A stretch of 55,696 bases of DNA from Rickettsiales bacterium (GTDB lineage: Bacteria > Pseudomonadota > Alphaproteobacteria > Rs-D84), in the NCBI GenBank assembly GCA_031265235.1, contig JAISCX010000013.1:1-55696 (forward strand). The letters are read 5' to 3'. The position numbers were made by a program, and so were the translations under genes. The notes under the pieces are model-generated. The model searched no databases. It saw only the letters and a list, made by a program, of their open reading frames with translations, and was not told the DNA's origin. Below, one piece after another: positions 27,833-37,717 of the stretch (position 1 is its first letter; every line of letters begins with the position of its first letter).

Positions 27833-29104
27833 TTATCTTGGACCGCCGCCGCCGTTCTGTCGCTGGCGATCGCCGAATTGCTGGCCGCTGCCGGCTTTCG
27901 CGGCTTCGCCCAGTTTTCCGGTGACAACCTTGTCGCCTTGCTGAATCTGCGTGTCGTCTGTCGGAATGATTTCTGTTTCCGTCGCGGTCGTAAGTCCTTT
28001 TTTATAAGGAATAAGGACAAGGTTGTTCGGGCCCTTGCCCCTTTCTATCAGAATCGCGTTGCGTCCGGTAAGATCGCCCGACTGTACGCGCGGATCGTCG
28101 GAAAGCGATTTCAGATCGCGGACAAGAAATGCGGAATTGGCGGCTTTCCACACGTCTTCTTTTTCTTCTATCATGATCGTGACAAACGCGGTCATTCCCG
28201 GCATCAGACGCATGTCTTCATTATCAACCTCTATAATAACCGTATAAACTACGACGTTCTGGGTTGTCGTGGGCGACAGTCGGATTTGCTGCACGGTGCC
28301 TTTGAATGTCTGTGTCGGATACGCGTCCACGGTGAATGTCACGGGTTGGCCGATTTTTATCATTCCTATGTCCGCTTCGGACACCGATGTCTGTATCTGC
28401 ATCAGGCGCAGGTCTTCGGCAATTTCAAACAAATCTGGCGTCTGAAACGACGCGGCGACCGTCTGGCCCTTGTCAACCTTGCGCGATATCACGGTGCCGT
28501 CAACCGGCGATATGATCGTGGCATATCCCAGATTGGTCACCGTCTGGTCGTATTGGGATTTCATCTGCTTTACGCGCTGTTCGGATGTTTTAAAGTTTGT
28601 TTCGTCATTTTCCAGCTCTGTCCGCGCAATGAATCCGTCGGCATACAGGGTTTTGCTGCGGCTGTAATCCGATCCGGCTTTGCTGTGTGTGGCCTCGGCC
28701 GATTCCAGCGCCGCTTTCGCCTCGTCCACGCGCGCCTGGAGAACAGACGGATCGATGGTAAGCAGAACCTGGTTCTTTTTCACAACGTCGTTGTAATCGA
28801 CGTAAATCGTTTCGATAAGGCCCGATACCTGGGATCCGACCTTGATGGTGTTCACCGGCTTGATTTCGCCTGTTGCGGTCACAACCTGTCTGAGGGCGCC
28901 GCGGGTGATCGGGACGGTCGCGAATTTCACGGCGGTTTTATTTCCGGAAGATCCCGCGAAATAAAACGCGCAAACAATCGCGATAATCGCAGCGGCCGAC
29001 CACAACCGATGCCGCCAGATATAATGCAGCAGTCGTTTTATCAATCCCAATGTTGCCATTGCGGTTTCTCTGATTGTTTTTTTATGAACTTTTTCCTTCT
29101 TCAT
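27833..29104 (-). CDS. HlyD/MacA-family periplasmic adaptor
   Basis: N-terminal TM helix, lipoyl/hairpin/beta-barrel arrangement, conserved I.SPVDG.V motif. Confidence 0.9.
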   Translation of the reverse strand: MKKEKVHKKTIRETAMATLGLIKRLLHYIWRHRLWSAAAIIAIVCAFYFAGSSGNKTAVKFATVPITRGALRQVVTATGEIKPVNTIKVGSQVSGLIETIYVDYNDVVKKNQVLLTIDPSVLQARVDEAKAALESAEATHSKAGSDYSRSKTLYADGFIARTELENDETNFKTSEQRVKQMKSQYDQTVTNLGYATIISPVDGTVISRKVDKGQTVAASFQTPDLFEIAEDLRLMQIQTSVSEADIGMIKIGQPVTFTVDAYPTQTFKGTVQQIRLSPTTTQNVVVYTVIIEVDNEDMRLMPGMTAFVTIMIEEKEDVWKAANSAFLVRDLKSLSDDPRVQSGDLTGRNAILIERGKGPNNLVLIPYKKGLTTATETEIIPTDDTQIQQGDKVVTGKLGEAAKAGSGQQFGDRQRQNGGGGPR

Positions 29105-29135
29105 ATCCCTCTCCCCCCCTTTTTGTTAGCGGCGA

Positions 29136-30479
29136 TTATTCTCCGCGTTCGAATTCTTCCCCAAGTTCCCCAAGCGCCTGGGCCATCGCCGCGCGTTTGA
29201 TATACAGGTCGTATTTTGCGGCGATATCCTGGCGCTTTGCGGACGCCAGTTCCGCCTGCTGCGTCTGCCAGTCCAGCATCGTGCTGCGTCCCACTTTATA
29301 CATTCCGGCCGTGACCCTTTCGCTTTCCGTGGCGGATTTCAGCAGGGACGTCGTTTGTTCCAGAACTTTTTGCGCGGTCTGATAATTTTGATATGCGGTC
29401 CATATATCCATCTCTACGGAATCTTCCTTGGACCGGCGCTGTTCTTCCGCGCGTTCATAATTCGCCTGCTGCGCGCGAACGCTATACGCGTTTGCAAAGC
29501 CTGCGAATATCGGCACGCTGGCGCGGAGCCCGATGCTGGCGCCCAGCTTGTCGTTCGGTCCTGCGCCATACGCGGAATACGTGTCGGCAATATCGTATGA
29601 CAGGCTGCCGGTGGCGGAAATGCTGGGCAGATTGCGCAGGAACGCTGAATTGCGCCGATGCCATGCCGCATTTTTGGATTCTTCGGCCGACAACAGGTCC
29701 GGGCGCTGTTTTTTTGCCTTGTCAATCAGTTCTCTGACCGTTTTGTTTTCATCTGCGCCGCCGAACGATGCGGGCATGTCCATTATCTTCAGCTCGTTTT
29801 CCTGGGGAAACGACAGCAGATACAACAGACGGCCCTTTGCGATTTCGCGGTTGCCGTTTGCGCGCTGCAATTCCAATTCCCGCGCCGCAAGCGTTGTTTC
29901 CGCTTTCAATACGTCCGCTTTTGCGACGGCGCCCGCCGCGAATTTTTTTGACGCCGTGTCTTTTGCGCCGTTTGCGACCGCGACAAGTTCCGTTGCAGCC
30001 CTGACTTCCGCGTCTGTGGACAGCATTCCGTAATAGGCGGCGACGACTTCATAGACATAATTCTGGACCGCGTTGCTGTAATCAAATCCTGTGGCGCGCC
30101 AGACCGCGGCCAGCTGGTTCAGATCGGCAAGGCGCTTTCCAAAATCAAAAATCAACCAGCTGGCGGATAGCGACGCGCCGGCGGTATGATCGGACCATTC
30201 TTTGTTCCTGTATTGTTTTGAACCCGAAACAGACGCGTCAACGGACGGCAGATACGGGGCATATCCCGCGTTTTTGGACAGACGGGCGGATTCGGCCGAA
30301 AGATACGCGGCCGCGGTCTGGGGATTCCGGCAAAGCCCGATTCGCACTGTTTCTTCCAGTGTCAGTATTTCCAAAGGCGCCGATGTCAAATCCATGCAGT
30401 TTGATGGCGAGGCATATGCGCCAGAGTTTGCAGCCGTAAAAACACAGGCGGCCGTAAAAAGCAAAAATTTTGGTTTCAT
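29136..30479 (-). CDS. tolC: TolC-family outer-membrane channel
   Basis: Signal peptide, two-fold repeat with long helical segments, 447 aa, first gene of the efflux operon. Confidence 0.88.
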   Translation of the reverse strand: MKPKFLLFTAACVFTAANSGAYASPSNCMDLTSAPLEILTLEETVRIGLCRNPQTAAAYLSAESARLSKNAGYAPYLPSVDASVSGSKQYRNKEWSDHTAGASLSASWLIFDFGKRLADLNQLAAVWRATGFDYSNAVQNYVYEVVAAYYGMLSTDAEVRAATELVAVANGAKDTASKKFAAGAVAKADVLKAETTLAARELELQRANGNREIAKGRLLYLLSFPQENELKIMDMPASFGGADENKTVRELIDKAKKQRPDLLSAEESKNAAWHRRNSAFLRNLPSISATGSLSYDIADTYSAYGAGPNDKLGASIGLRASVPIFAGFANAYSVRAQQANYERAEEQRRSKEDSVEMDIWTAYQNYQTAQKVLEQTTSLLKSATESERVTAGMYKVGRSTMLDWQTQQAELASAKRQDIAAKYDLYIKRAAMAQALGELGEEFERGE

Positions 30480-30555
30480 TGCTGAATTCTCTCTTAAGTC
30501 AGATGGAAATTATATCATAGAAAGGCATAAATTAAAATTTTTTATGCGTCGTCGT

Positions 30556-31392
30556 CTATTTCACCGGCGTCCCGCTTGTCGCAAAGAAAGCCTCTCTTCC
30601 AACGTTTATGATGAAATTTCCGTCGGTGTCTTGCGACATTTCGGGCGCGGCTTGTTTTTTAATTTCCGTTTTCCAAAAAATTTCGCCGTTGCGCAGGCTT
30701 ATCGCGTAAAGGTGATTATTAGTGTCGCTTACGAACGCCGCGCCGCCCGCAATCAAGAACGGCGCCGCAGTCCCGATATTGACGCACCAGATTATGCTTC
30801 CCGAAGATTCTCTGATCTTGCAAAACGCGTCGCCCAGTCCGCCCGCGTAAACGGCCGCGTCAATAACTTGCACAGGCGCGACAATATCCAGAATTGACGC
30901 CCCGCCGGTCAGCGCGTTTTGCTTGTATACATCCGTCACCCATACGGGCGCGCGCTTTCTCGGGTTTATTTTTACAACCTCGCCCGTGGACAATCCCGCA
31001 TATACGAATCCGTTTTTTACGACCGGCGTCCGCTGGCTGTCCACGCGTGAAGTCGTGGCGAGGCCGGAAAATATCTTGCGGCGCGGACCATCGCCGGACA
31101 CTTCCCATACCGCGTTGCCCGCGTCCTGTTCGTATGTTCGCGATTCGCCCGCCGCGGGCCGCGGGCCGTTGTTTTGGATTTTCAATATACCGTCGGGGAT
31201 CGTTTTGTTTTCAACGACAATATCCCCCGTTTCAAATACGGGTATGCGCACGCCGGAAAGTATGGGATCGTGCTTTGAGCAAGAACAAAGGGCAAATAAC
31301 GAAAAGCAAGCGGCGAAAAAGCATGGCAATTGCGAAAAACGCCCTATTTTTTTCGCTGTTTGTTTTTTGCCATATGCCCTTTGCTTTTTCAT
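30556..31392 (-). CDS. Short PQQ-like beta-propeller lipoprotein, BamB-like
   Basis: Lipobox LCSCSK and repeated VYAG/LYAI...G...W blade motifs. ATGA overlap with the upstream YfgM-like gene. Only 278 aa. Confidence 0.65.
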   Translation of the reverse strand: MKKQRAYGKKQTAKKIGRFSQLPCFFAACFSLFALCSCSKHDPILSGVRIPVFETGDIVVENKTIPDGILKIQNNGPRPAAGESRTYEQDAGNAVWEVSGDGPRRKIFSGLATTSRVDSQRTPVVKNGFVYAGLSTGEVVKINPRKRAPVWVTDVYKQNALTGGASILDIVAPVQVIDAAVYAGGLGDAFCKIRESSGSIIWCVNIGTAAPFLIAGGAAFVSDTNNHLYAISLRNGEIFWKTEIKKQAAPEMSQDTDGNFIINVGREAFFATSGTPVK

Positions 31393-32081
31393 TTCAATGC
31401 TTCTGCCTGCGCGGCGATGACGGCCGGCGCGTCCTTGTCCGTTATGATTTTGTCCAGCCAGACGTTTGCGGATACAGAATCGTTCTCGCTAAGATATTTT
31501 TGGGCGACGAACAGCAGGCCCGTATAGTAAAAAGGTGATCTCTTTGTCTGCAATGGCGCAAGGTATTTTTCAAAATCCGCGGCGCGCATCGAATCCGCGC
31601 GCAGAACCGCCAGATTGATCAGCGCCATATCGCGGAAATCCCGCGTCGCGCCCTTGTCGGCCAAGCGTTCCAACTTTGATACGGCCATGTCGCGCGCGCC
31701 GGTCTGCAAATCGATTTTCGCGGAATTAAACAACGCCAGATCGCCCATTCCGCCGCTTGATTTTTTTGCAACGCGCACCAGGGCGTCAACGGCGGCGGCA
31801 GGGTTTCCGTTATCCAGCATCAGCATTGCCGATTCGTATGCGGCGGCAGAATTCAGCCGCGCGCGCGCGTTGGATTTTCGAACAACCTGCACGCTGATGA
31901 CGATTATCAGCAAGGCGGCGGCGGCGGCGATCAGCATCTTTGCGTGTTTTTTAACAAAATCGTATGCTTCCTGGGCTTTGACTTCTTCGGACACTTCGCG
32001 ATACAGCGCGTCTTCGGCATGCTGTTCCAAAGTTTTTTGCGGAACTTTTGCTTTTTTGAATCTTTCCAGTATTGTGGCCAT
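31389..32081 (-). CDS. YfgM-like membrane-anchored TPR protein
   Basis: Single TM helix followed by TPR-like helices, in the conserved position upstream of a bamB-like gene. Confidence 0.7.
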   Translation of the reverse strand: MATILERFKKAKVPQKTLEQHAEDALYREVSEEVKAQEAYDFVKKHAKMLIAAAAALLIIVISVQVVRKSNARARLNSAAAYESAMLMLDNGNPAAAVDALVRVAKKSSGGMGDLALFNSAKIDLQTGARDMAVSKLERLADKGATRDFRDMALINLAVLRADSMRAADFEKYLAPLQTKRSPFYYTGLLFVAQKYLSENDSVSANVWLDKIITDKDAPAVIAAQAEALK

Positions 32082-32198
32082 GAAAAAATACTCCGTAATT
32101 TAAATGTTATGGCGTGCAGTTTGCAAAGTGCACATTAAACATTCTTCACCAAATTTATCCCTATTGCAAATGAATTTTATTTCCCTATAATAAATGAC

Positions 32199-33122
32199 AT
32201 GTCAAAATCCACAGCAGTATCTTTGCCCAAAAGTTCGGTGCCCGTTCTAAGCGACGAAGGCGGCATGGAACGCTATATAAGACAGGTTCAGAGCTTTCCG
32301 TTGCTTTCCGCCGCAGAGGAATACGATTATGCGAAAGCCTGGCGCAATGATCATGACAGAATTTCGGCGGAAAAACTGATCACCAGCCACTTGCGCATGG
32401 TGGTGTCGGTGGCGTATGATTTTAAAAACTATGGCATACCGGTAAGCGACCTGATCGCATCCGGGAATCTGGGATTGATGCAGGCTTTGCAGAAATTCGA
32501 TCCCGAGAAAGGATTTCGGTTTTCAACATACGCCATGTTTTGGATTCGGGCAGAGATTTATGAAACCATCCTGAATAACTGGTCGATCGTAAAGATCGGC
32601 ACGTCCGCGAATCAAAAGCGCGTATTCTTTAATCTGGCGCGCGCAAAGAGGGCGCTGGGCATAATGGACGGCAATTTGTCGGGAGAACAGGCGTCAAAGA
32701 TTGCGGAATATCTTGACGTGCCGGAATCGGACGTCGTCCGTATGGCAACCAGAATTTCCGCGCGCGATTTGTCGCTGAACCGGCCGGCGCACGACGAATC
32801 CGATTCCGCGGACATGCTTTCCAATCTTGCGGACACGTCGGATTCCATAGAAGACAGGCTGGAAGATATGCAGTTCAGGAAAACGGGCCACGAATTGCTG
32901 CAAAAGCATCTTGCCGGATTGCAGGATCGGGACCGCGAAATTCTGATAGCCAGACGCTTGTCGGATCCGATCCAGACGTTGGAACAGCTGTCGGAAAAAT
33001 ACGGGGTGTCGCGCGAACGCGTGCGTCAGTTGGAAGAGAGGGCGTTTGCGAAATTGCGTGATGCGATTTTGCGCGAGACACAGGATACGAAATTCAATAC
33101 GCGGGATAAAAAAGCAAGCTAG
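32199..33122 (+). CDS. rpoH: RNA polymerase sigma-32 factor RpoH
   Basis: Regions 2-4 of the sigma70 family plus an RpoH-box-like NQKRVFFNLARAK. Confidence 0.9.
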   Translation: MSKSTAVSLPKSSVPVLSDEGGMERYIRQVQSFPLLSAAEEYDYAKAWRNDHDRISAEKLITSHLRMVVSVAYDFKNYGIPVSDLIASGNLGLMQALQKFDPEKGFRFSTYAMFWIRAEIYETILNNWSIVKIGTSANQKRVFFNLARAKRALGIMDGNLSGEQASKIAEYLDVPESDVVRMATRISARDLSLNRPAHDESDSADMLSNLADTSDSIEDRLEDMQFRKTGHELLQKHLAGLQDRDREILIARRLSDPIQTLEQLSEKYGVSRERVRQLEERAFAKLRDAILRETQDTKFNTRDKKAS

Positions 33123-33136
33123 GAAAAACGTTGATC

Positions 33137-34192
33137 ATGAAAAGGCATACAAGAATTTTTCTTTTATCGTGTTTCGTGTTTCGTGCTTTGTGTCTTGTGT
33201 TTCCCGCGCAGGCGCTGGAATACAATTACGGCAGCGTCGGAATAAAGCTGTCCGGCGAAGGAATGCTGGGCGGGGCGGATGCGCGCGATCCCGATTCTTA
33301 TGCAATATCCGATTTTCGCTTGCGCGGTCAGGCAAATTATGCGGCGTCAAGCGGCTGGACGTTGGGCGCCGTGTATTCCATCGACCAAATTTCGGCAGAG
33401 CATAATTATTTTGCCCGCGATGCGTTTGCGTTTGCAGAAAGTCCGTGGGGACGGGCGGAACTTGGCTGGACGGAATCAATCGCGGCAAAGCTGGGGCTGG
33501 GGCTGCCGGATGTCGGGTCGCTGCGCATGAACGATTACCCTGTCCTGTATAATATTGCAAATCCCGATGTTCCGTTAATTTCAAACCCGACCGTCAGCGA
33601 CGCAAGATATTCATTCCGCGCAAGCTTTGCCAGCGTTCCGACCAAACCGTGGCAGGCCGGCGTGTCTGTGGCGCCGTGGTCGGAAAATTTTAAGAGCGCA
33701 ACCGACATTGGTATAAAATACAGGCATAGCCGCGGCAAGACAAAAATCGCGATGACCGCCGGCGCGTCATACATCGATTCGCCGAAAAGTCTGCGCGCGG
33801 ATTTCTTTGCCCCGCGCGTAACGGCGGATTTGCGCGCCGAATTGGCGGCGGGACTTAATATTCAATACAACAGCTGGATCATTGGCATGAACGCGCGCGG
33901 CATTTATGACCGGAATCCGATTGGCGCGCCGTCGGACGGCATGCGGTTGGGCGCCGGGGTGTCGTATGATTTTATAAAGTTCAGCGCGTCGGCGTCTTAT
34001 ATATTTTCGGATACGGGTATTTGGCACGATTCACGGTTCACGGTTCACGATTCGCGTGTTGCCCATACCGGTGTTGTTTCATTGCGGTATAAGATTGACG
34101 AGCACCTGGATGTCTGGACATCCGGCGGACTGGCTGCGTCAGATGTGTTTGCCAGTCCGTTCATAGCCGCGGGACTTCATGGAAAGTTTTAA
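33137..34192 (+). CDS. Outer-membrane porin
   Basis: Signal peptide ending PAQA, beta-strand pattern, C-terminal GLHGKF. Start placed at the ATG at 33137. Confidence 0.8.
   Translation: MKRHTRIFLLSCFVFRALCLVFPAQALEYNYGSVGIKLSGEGMLGGADARDPDSYAISDFRLRGQANYAASSGWTLGAVYSIDQISAEHNYFARDAFAFAESPWGRAELGWTESIAAKLGLGLPDVGSLRMNDYPVLYNIANPDVPLISNPTVSDARYSFRASFASVPTKPWQAGVSVAPWSENFKSATDIGIKYRHSRGKTKIAMTAGASYIDSPKSLRADFFAPRVTADLRAELAAGLNIQYNSWIIGMNARGIYDRNPIGAPSDGMRLGAGVSYDFIKFSASASYIFSDTGIWHDSRFTVHDSRVAHTGVVSLRYKIDEHLDVWTSGGLAASDVFASPFIAAGLHGKF
33168..33202. repeat. Solo CGTGTTT heptamer tract encoding the porin signal peptide
   Basis: CGTGTTT CGTGTTT CGTGCTT TGTGTCT TGTGTTT translates to SCFVFRALCLVF. 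Confidence 0.7.
34026..34060. repeat. CACGGTT heptamer tract inside the porin gene
   Basis: CACGATT CACGGTT CACGGTT CACGATT CGCGTGT translates to HDSRFTVHDSRV. Confidence 0.7.
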
Positions 34193-34312
34193 TTCGCACG
34201 GGGGAACGCAAGGCGCAAAATAGCGGGATTGTTGTTTGCATTGCGCGACAATAATCTCCTTGACCGGCAAAATAAAATTGTTCTATGATACATGTGTAGA
34301 GAGGGAGTTTTT

Positions 34313-35329
34313 ATGCCAAAAAAGAAAATTCAAAAGAAAACGGCCACGCCAAGTCGTATAAAAAAACATGTCAAAGCCGCCCGCGTAATCGCGGAATCCC
34401 GCGCGCTGCCGAAACCCGATTCATCGCGGTTCGCGCTGTATGTTTATTGGCTGATAATAATGTTCTTTGTAGGGTCCACGTTTTATATTCTCGGCCGCAG
34501 TTATTCGATAATGAATCCGGACAATGTTGAAATATCGGAAACGTCGGCCGTGAATGTGGATAACATGTCCGCAGAGGCGCGTGCGGATTTTGCCGCCGAA
34601 TATTCAAAATCCGGAAAAAGCAGATTGCTTTCCGGCGACGTCGGCGGCGCGATACTTGATCTGAATATTGCGATAGAAGCCGATCCGGATTCTCCGAATT
34701 CGTTCATCTATCGCGGCGAAGCATATATGCAGACATCGGATTATGCGCGCGCGATGGAAGATCTGAACATGGCCGTGAATCTGGATCCATTGAATCCGAT
34801 CGCGCTTTATGACCGCGCCGTTCTATCTGCGCGGATGGAAAATTTTACCGCGGCCGTGGTTGATTTGAATGATGCGCTGAATGCGAATTCTATGCGTCCG
34901 AACGAAATACTGCCGACGCATGATATTTATGCAAAGCGCGCGCAGATAATGCTGTGGAACAAGGATTTCGAAGGCGCGGTCGCGGACTATAATGCCGCGC
35001 TTGGGTCAACTTCCGTTCCGGATTATCTGGATTATGCCGGCCGGGCAGAGGCTTGGACGGCGCTCGGCCAATATCAAAACGCGGCGGAAGATTATCTGGC
35101 CGCGATAACGGTGATATCGAATACCATACAAAATGCCGCGTCGGATGAATCGCGCAATGATATGTCCAGAAACGCGCTTGCGTATTTTGAAAAGTCCGGT
35201 GCGCTTCATGTAAAGACAGGCGATTTTGCGTCCGCCAAAACGGATCTGGAAGCGGCGCATACCTTGGCGGCGACGCTTGGGGACAATGATACGGCGAACA
35301 GATTACAATTGCTGTTGAATGATTTGTGA
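34313..35329 (+). CDS. Membrane-anchored TPR-repeat protein
   Basis: GAGGGAG RBS before the ATG at 34313, basic N-terminus, one TM helix, several TPR units (A..Y..A......P). Confidence 0.8.
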   Translation: MPKKKIQKKTATPSRIKKHVKAARVIAESRALPKPDSSRFALYVYWLIIMFFVGSTFYILGRSYSIMNPDNVEISETSAVNVDNMSAEARADFAAEYSKSGKSRLLSGDVGGAILDLNIAIEADPDSPNSFIYRGEAYMQTSDYARAMEDLNMAVNLDPLNPIALYDRAVLSARMENFTAAVVDLNDALNANSMRPNEILPTHDIYAKRAQIMLWNKDFEGAVADYNAALGSTSVPDYLDYAGRAEAWTALGQYQNAAEDYLAAITVISNTIQNAASDESRNDMSRNALAYFEKSGALHVKTGDFASAKTDLEAAHTLAATLGDNDTANRLQLLLNDL

Positions 35330-35343
35330 TTAAAAGTTAATGT

Positions 35344-35420
35344 GCGACAAGTAATAAGCGGCCATAGGTTTGGGGCATAGTATAGCCCCGACATGGCGTC
35401 AATTATTACTGTCGCTTATT
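35344..35420. repeat. Palindromic element between convergent genes, overlapping the pseudouridine synthase C-terminus
   Basis: GCGACAAGTAATAAGCG ... TTATTACTGTCGCTTATT with an inner GGGGC..GCCCC hairpin. The right arm encodes KKISDSNN-stop. Confidence 0.5.
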
Positions 35421-36175
35421 TTTTTCAATTCGTCTTTGTTCAGTTCGCGAATTTCACCGGGGGCAAGGTTGCCAAGCTTTATAGGGCCATAGGCCACGCG
35501 GCGCAATTTTGAAACGGGCAGCCCCAGATAGTCAAACACTATCCTTATTTCGTTCTTCTTGCCTTCTTGCAATCTGATTCGCACGTTCAGCGGGTATCTG
35601 GATAATATTTCTATGTCCATTGGCGCGTAATGCACGCCGCCGAGCGTCAATCCGCGTCTGGCCGCATCGAAAATTGAATCGTCAGAAGACATCGGGGACA
35701 GAAATCTTCGCAAGTTTCGGGCAATGGTTCCGGATTTTATTTCACCGATGTTTTTCGGGTGCAATTTTGCCTCGTACTCGCGGATAATGCCATTGGCCGG
35801 CAGCGTCAGTCTTCTCGCCAGTTCGCCATTGTTTGTTAAAAGCAAAAGCCCCGCGGTTTTAAAGTCCAGCCGCCCGACGTATTTCAGATTTTTGCATTTT
35901 TCCGGCAGCGCATCATAAATGGTACGCCGTCCGTTCGGATCGTGCGCAGTGGTCATGATGTCAATGGGCTTGTTAAAAGCAAAAACGCGCGTCTTTGCAG
36001 AAGCGTCGATTCGTTTGCCGCGTATTTCAATCTTGTCTTGCGGCCCGACAAAAAATACGGGCGATTCTATGACCGCGCCGTTCACGCGGACGGCGCCCGA
36101 TTCGATCAGGCGTTCCGCCTCGCGACGGGACGCGGCGCCGTTGTCGGCAATAAACTTTGCAATGCGGATTTTCAT
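35399..36175 (-). CDS. RsuA/RluB-family pseudouridine synthase
   Basis: S4 domain (SRREAERLIESGAVRVNG) and catalytic GRLDFKTAGLLLLTN. Confidence 0.88.
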   Translation of the reverse strand: MKIRIAKFIADNGAASRREAERLIESGAVRVNGAVIESPVFFVGPQDKIEIRGKRIDASAKTRVFAFNKPIDIMTTAHDPNGRRTIYDALPEKCKNLKYVGRLDFKTAGLLLLTNNGELARRLTLPANGIIREYEAKLHPKNIGEIKSGTIARNLRRFLSPMSSDDSIFDAARRGLTLGGVHYAPMDIEILSRYPLNVRIRLQEGKKNEIRIVFDYLGLPVSKLRRVAYGPIKLGNLAPGEIRELNKDELKKISDSNN

Positions 36176-36176
36176 G

Positions 36177-36245
36177 TTGTGATTTGTAATCTGTGATTTG
36201 TGATTTGTGGGTTCAAGTCACAGGTCACAAATCACAGATCACGAC
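36177..36245. repeat. GTGATTT-heptamer palindromic element, copy 2
   Basis: GTGATTTGTAATCTGTGATTTGTGATTTGTGGGTTCAAGTCACAGGTCACAAATCACAGATCACGAC, about 80% identical to copy 3. Confidence 0.8.
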
Positions 36246-37222
36246 AGTATCTCCTTTAACTCTCTCATATCATCCGGCAGACGCGCCTTGAATTTTAGCG
36301 TTTCGCCGGTCACGGGATGGTTTAGTTCCAAGACCTCTGCGTGCAGCATCTGGCCGGAATGCGTCTTTATAAATTCCAGCAACAGCGGATTCCGGACGCT
36401 TCCCAGCCGCGTATTTCCGCGCCCGTAAAGCGGATCGCATAAAACAGGGAATCCGTGCGCGGACAAGTGCACGCGGATCTGGTGCGTGCGCCCGGTCCAC
36501 AATGTGCACCGCAATTCGGATACATTGCTGCGCGGCCATGCGTTTATTACGGTCGCTTGTGTTCTGGCCTCTCTGCCCCCTATTTTAAGCAGCGTCATTT
36601 TCTGACGATTTTTTGTGCTGCGCCCGATGTTTCCGGTTATGTCCGCATCTATCCAATTGGGCACCCCCCATACGAACGCGATATATTTTCTGATTAAATC
36701 ATGATTGGCAAATGTTTTTACAAGCGCGCGGAACGCCATGTCGGATTTTGCAAAAATAACGACGCCGGATGTGTCTTTGTCCAGCCGGTGCACGACGCCG
36801 GGCCGGACATCGCCGCCAAGCGTGGACAGACGGGTATGCGCGCACACCCCCTGGACCAGGGTTCCGGTTCCCCGCCCGGCGCCGGGATACATGGCGATCC
36901 CGCGGGGTTTGTTTATAACGATAATGTCTTCGTCTTCGAATAGAATGTCCAGCGGCATTTTGTCATGAGACGCGGATGGCAAAACGCAAGTAGTATTTTT
37001 TTCCGGAATTTCCACCGCGTATTCTTCGTCCGATTTTACTTTATCGGACAGTTTTATTTTTCTTGCTTCTTGCCTTGAATCTCGGATAACGAATTTCTGA
37101 ATTTCGCTGCGGGATAGATCCGGCATTTTTGTGGATAAAAATTTATCCAGCCGCGTCCCCGCGTCTTCTTTCGATACTATAAAAGTTTTAATTTTATCAT
37201 TCATCAGCCGTTCATTTTGCAT
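36239..37222 (-). CDS. RluA/RluD-family pseudouridine synthase
   Basis: S4-like N-terminus (GTRLDKFLS) and catalytic HRLDKDTSGVVIFAKS. Start placed at M13 to avoid overlapping the upstream ORF. Confidence 0.88.
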   Translation of the reverse strand: MQNERLMNDKIKTFIVSKEDAGTRLDKFLSTKMPDLSRSEIQKFVIRDSRQEARKIKLSDKVKSDEEYAVEIPEKNTTCVLPSASHDKMPLDILFEDEDIIVINKPRGIAMYPGAGRGTGTLVQGVCAHTRLSTLGGDVRPGVVHRLDKDTSGVVIFAKSDMAFRALVKTFANHDLIRKYIAFVWGVPNWIDADITGNIGRSTKNRQKMTLLKIGGREARTQATVINAWPRSNVSELRCTLWTGRTHQIRVHLSAHGFPVLCDPLYGRGNTRLGSVRNPLLLEFIKTHSGQMLHAEVLELNHPVTGETLKFKARLPDDMRELKEILS

Positions 37223-37700
37223 AGTCTTTCCATTCCGGCCCCTGCGTGCAGTTTTCAAGATGCACTTGTATTGTGCCGCCGGCTGCGGCTGTTTCGCAGA
37301 CCAGTATCCCCGCAGTCCGTCCCTGGTTGGCGTTTTTTGACACTTCGCGCCATGCGAACTGCATTGTTTTCGGCACCGCCAGACAGGTTATGCGCCCGCG
37401 CGCCGCGTTGCTGTCATCCCATTCGAAATTCATGGCGGGCGACACCCAAAGCCGTCCGCTTTCCGTCTGTCCATAGCACGGGAATGCGTCCAGAAAATAA
37501 AGCTCTATCCCGATGTTTGTAACCGTTCTGTCGCGGCCGAATTTTATTTGATATTCCCGCAGGCGCAGCCCTGTTACGGCTTCCCAGTCTATGCTGGTTG
37601 AAAAAATGGCCGGACGCGCTATCGGATCCGCCGCCAGCGCGGGCACGCCGATATGGCACAAAAGCGCGGATATTGATAAAATAGATAAATATGTTTTCAT
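37212..37700 (-). CDS. Secreted hypothetical protein (162 aa)
   Basis: Signal peptide LSISALLCHIGVPALA, no recognisable motif, co-oriented with the pilin-like genes. Confidence 0.6.
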   Translation of the reverse strand: MKTYLSILSISALLCHIGVPALAADPIARPAIFSTSIDWEAVTGLRLREYQIKFGRDRTVTNIGIELYFLDAFPCYGQTESGRLWVSPAMNFEWDDSNAARGRITCLAVPKTMQFAWREVSKNANQGRTAGILVCETAAAGGTIQVHLENCTQGPEWKDYAK

Positions 37701-37717
37701 AATAAATCCTGGGGCGG

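Noticed and set aside
27806-29200. 464-aa plus-strand ORF, the longest unannotated frame in the track
   Set aside because: It is entirely antisense to the well-supported HlyD/MacA-family adaptor gene. The translation is Arg/Gly/Phe-rich low-complexity sequence with no motifs, as expected for a shadow frame in GC-skewed coding DNA.
30202-31538. 231-aa and 214-aa plus-strand ORFs
   Set aside because: They are antisense to the tolC and bamB-like/yfgM-like genes. Arg/Pro-rich shadow frames.
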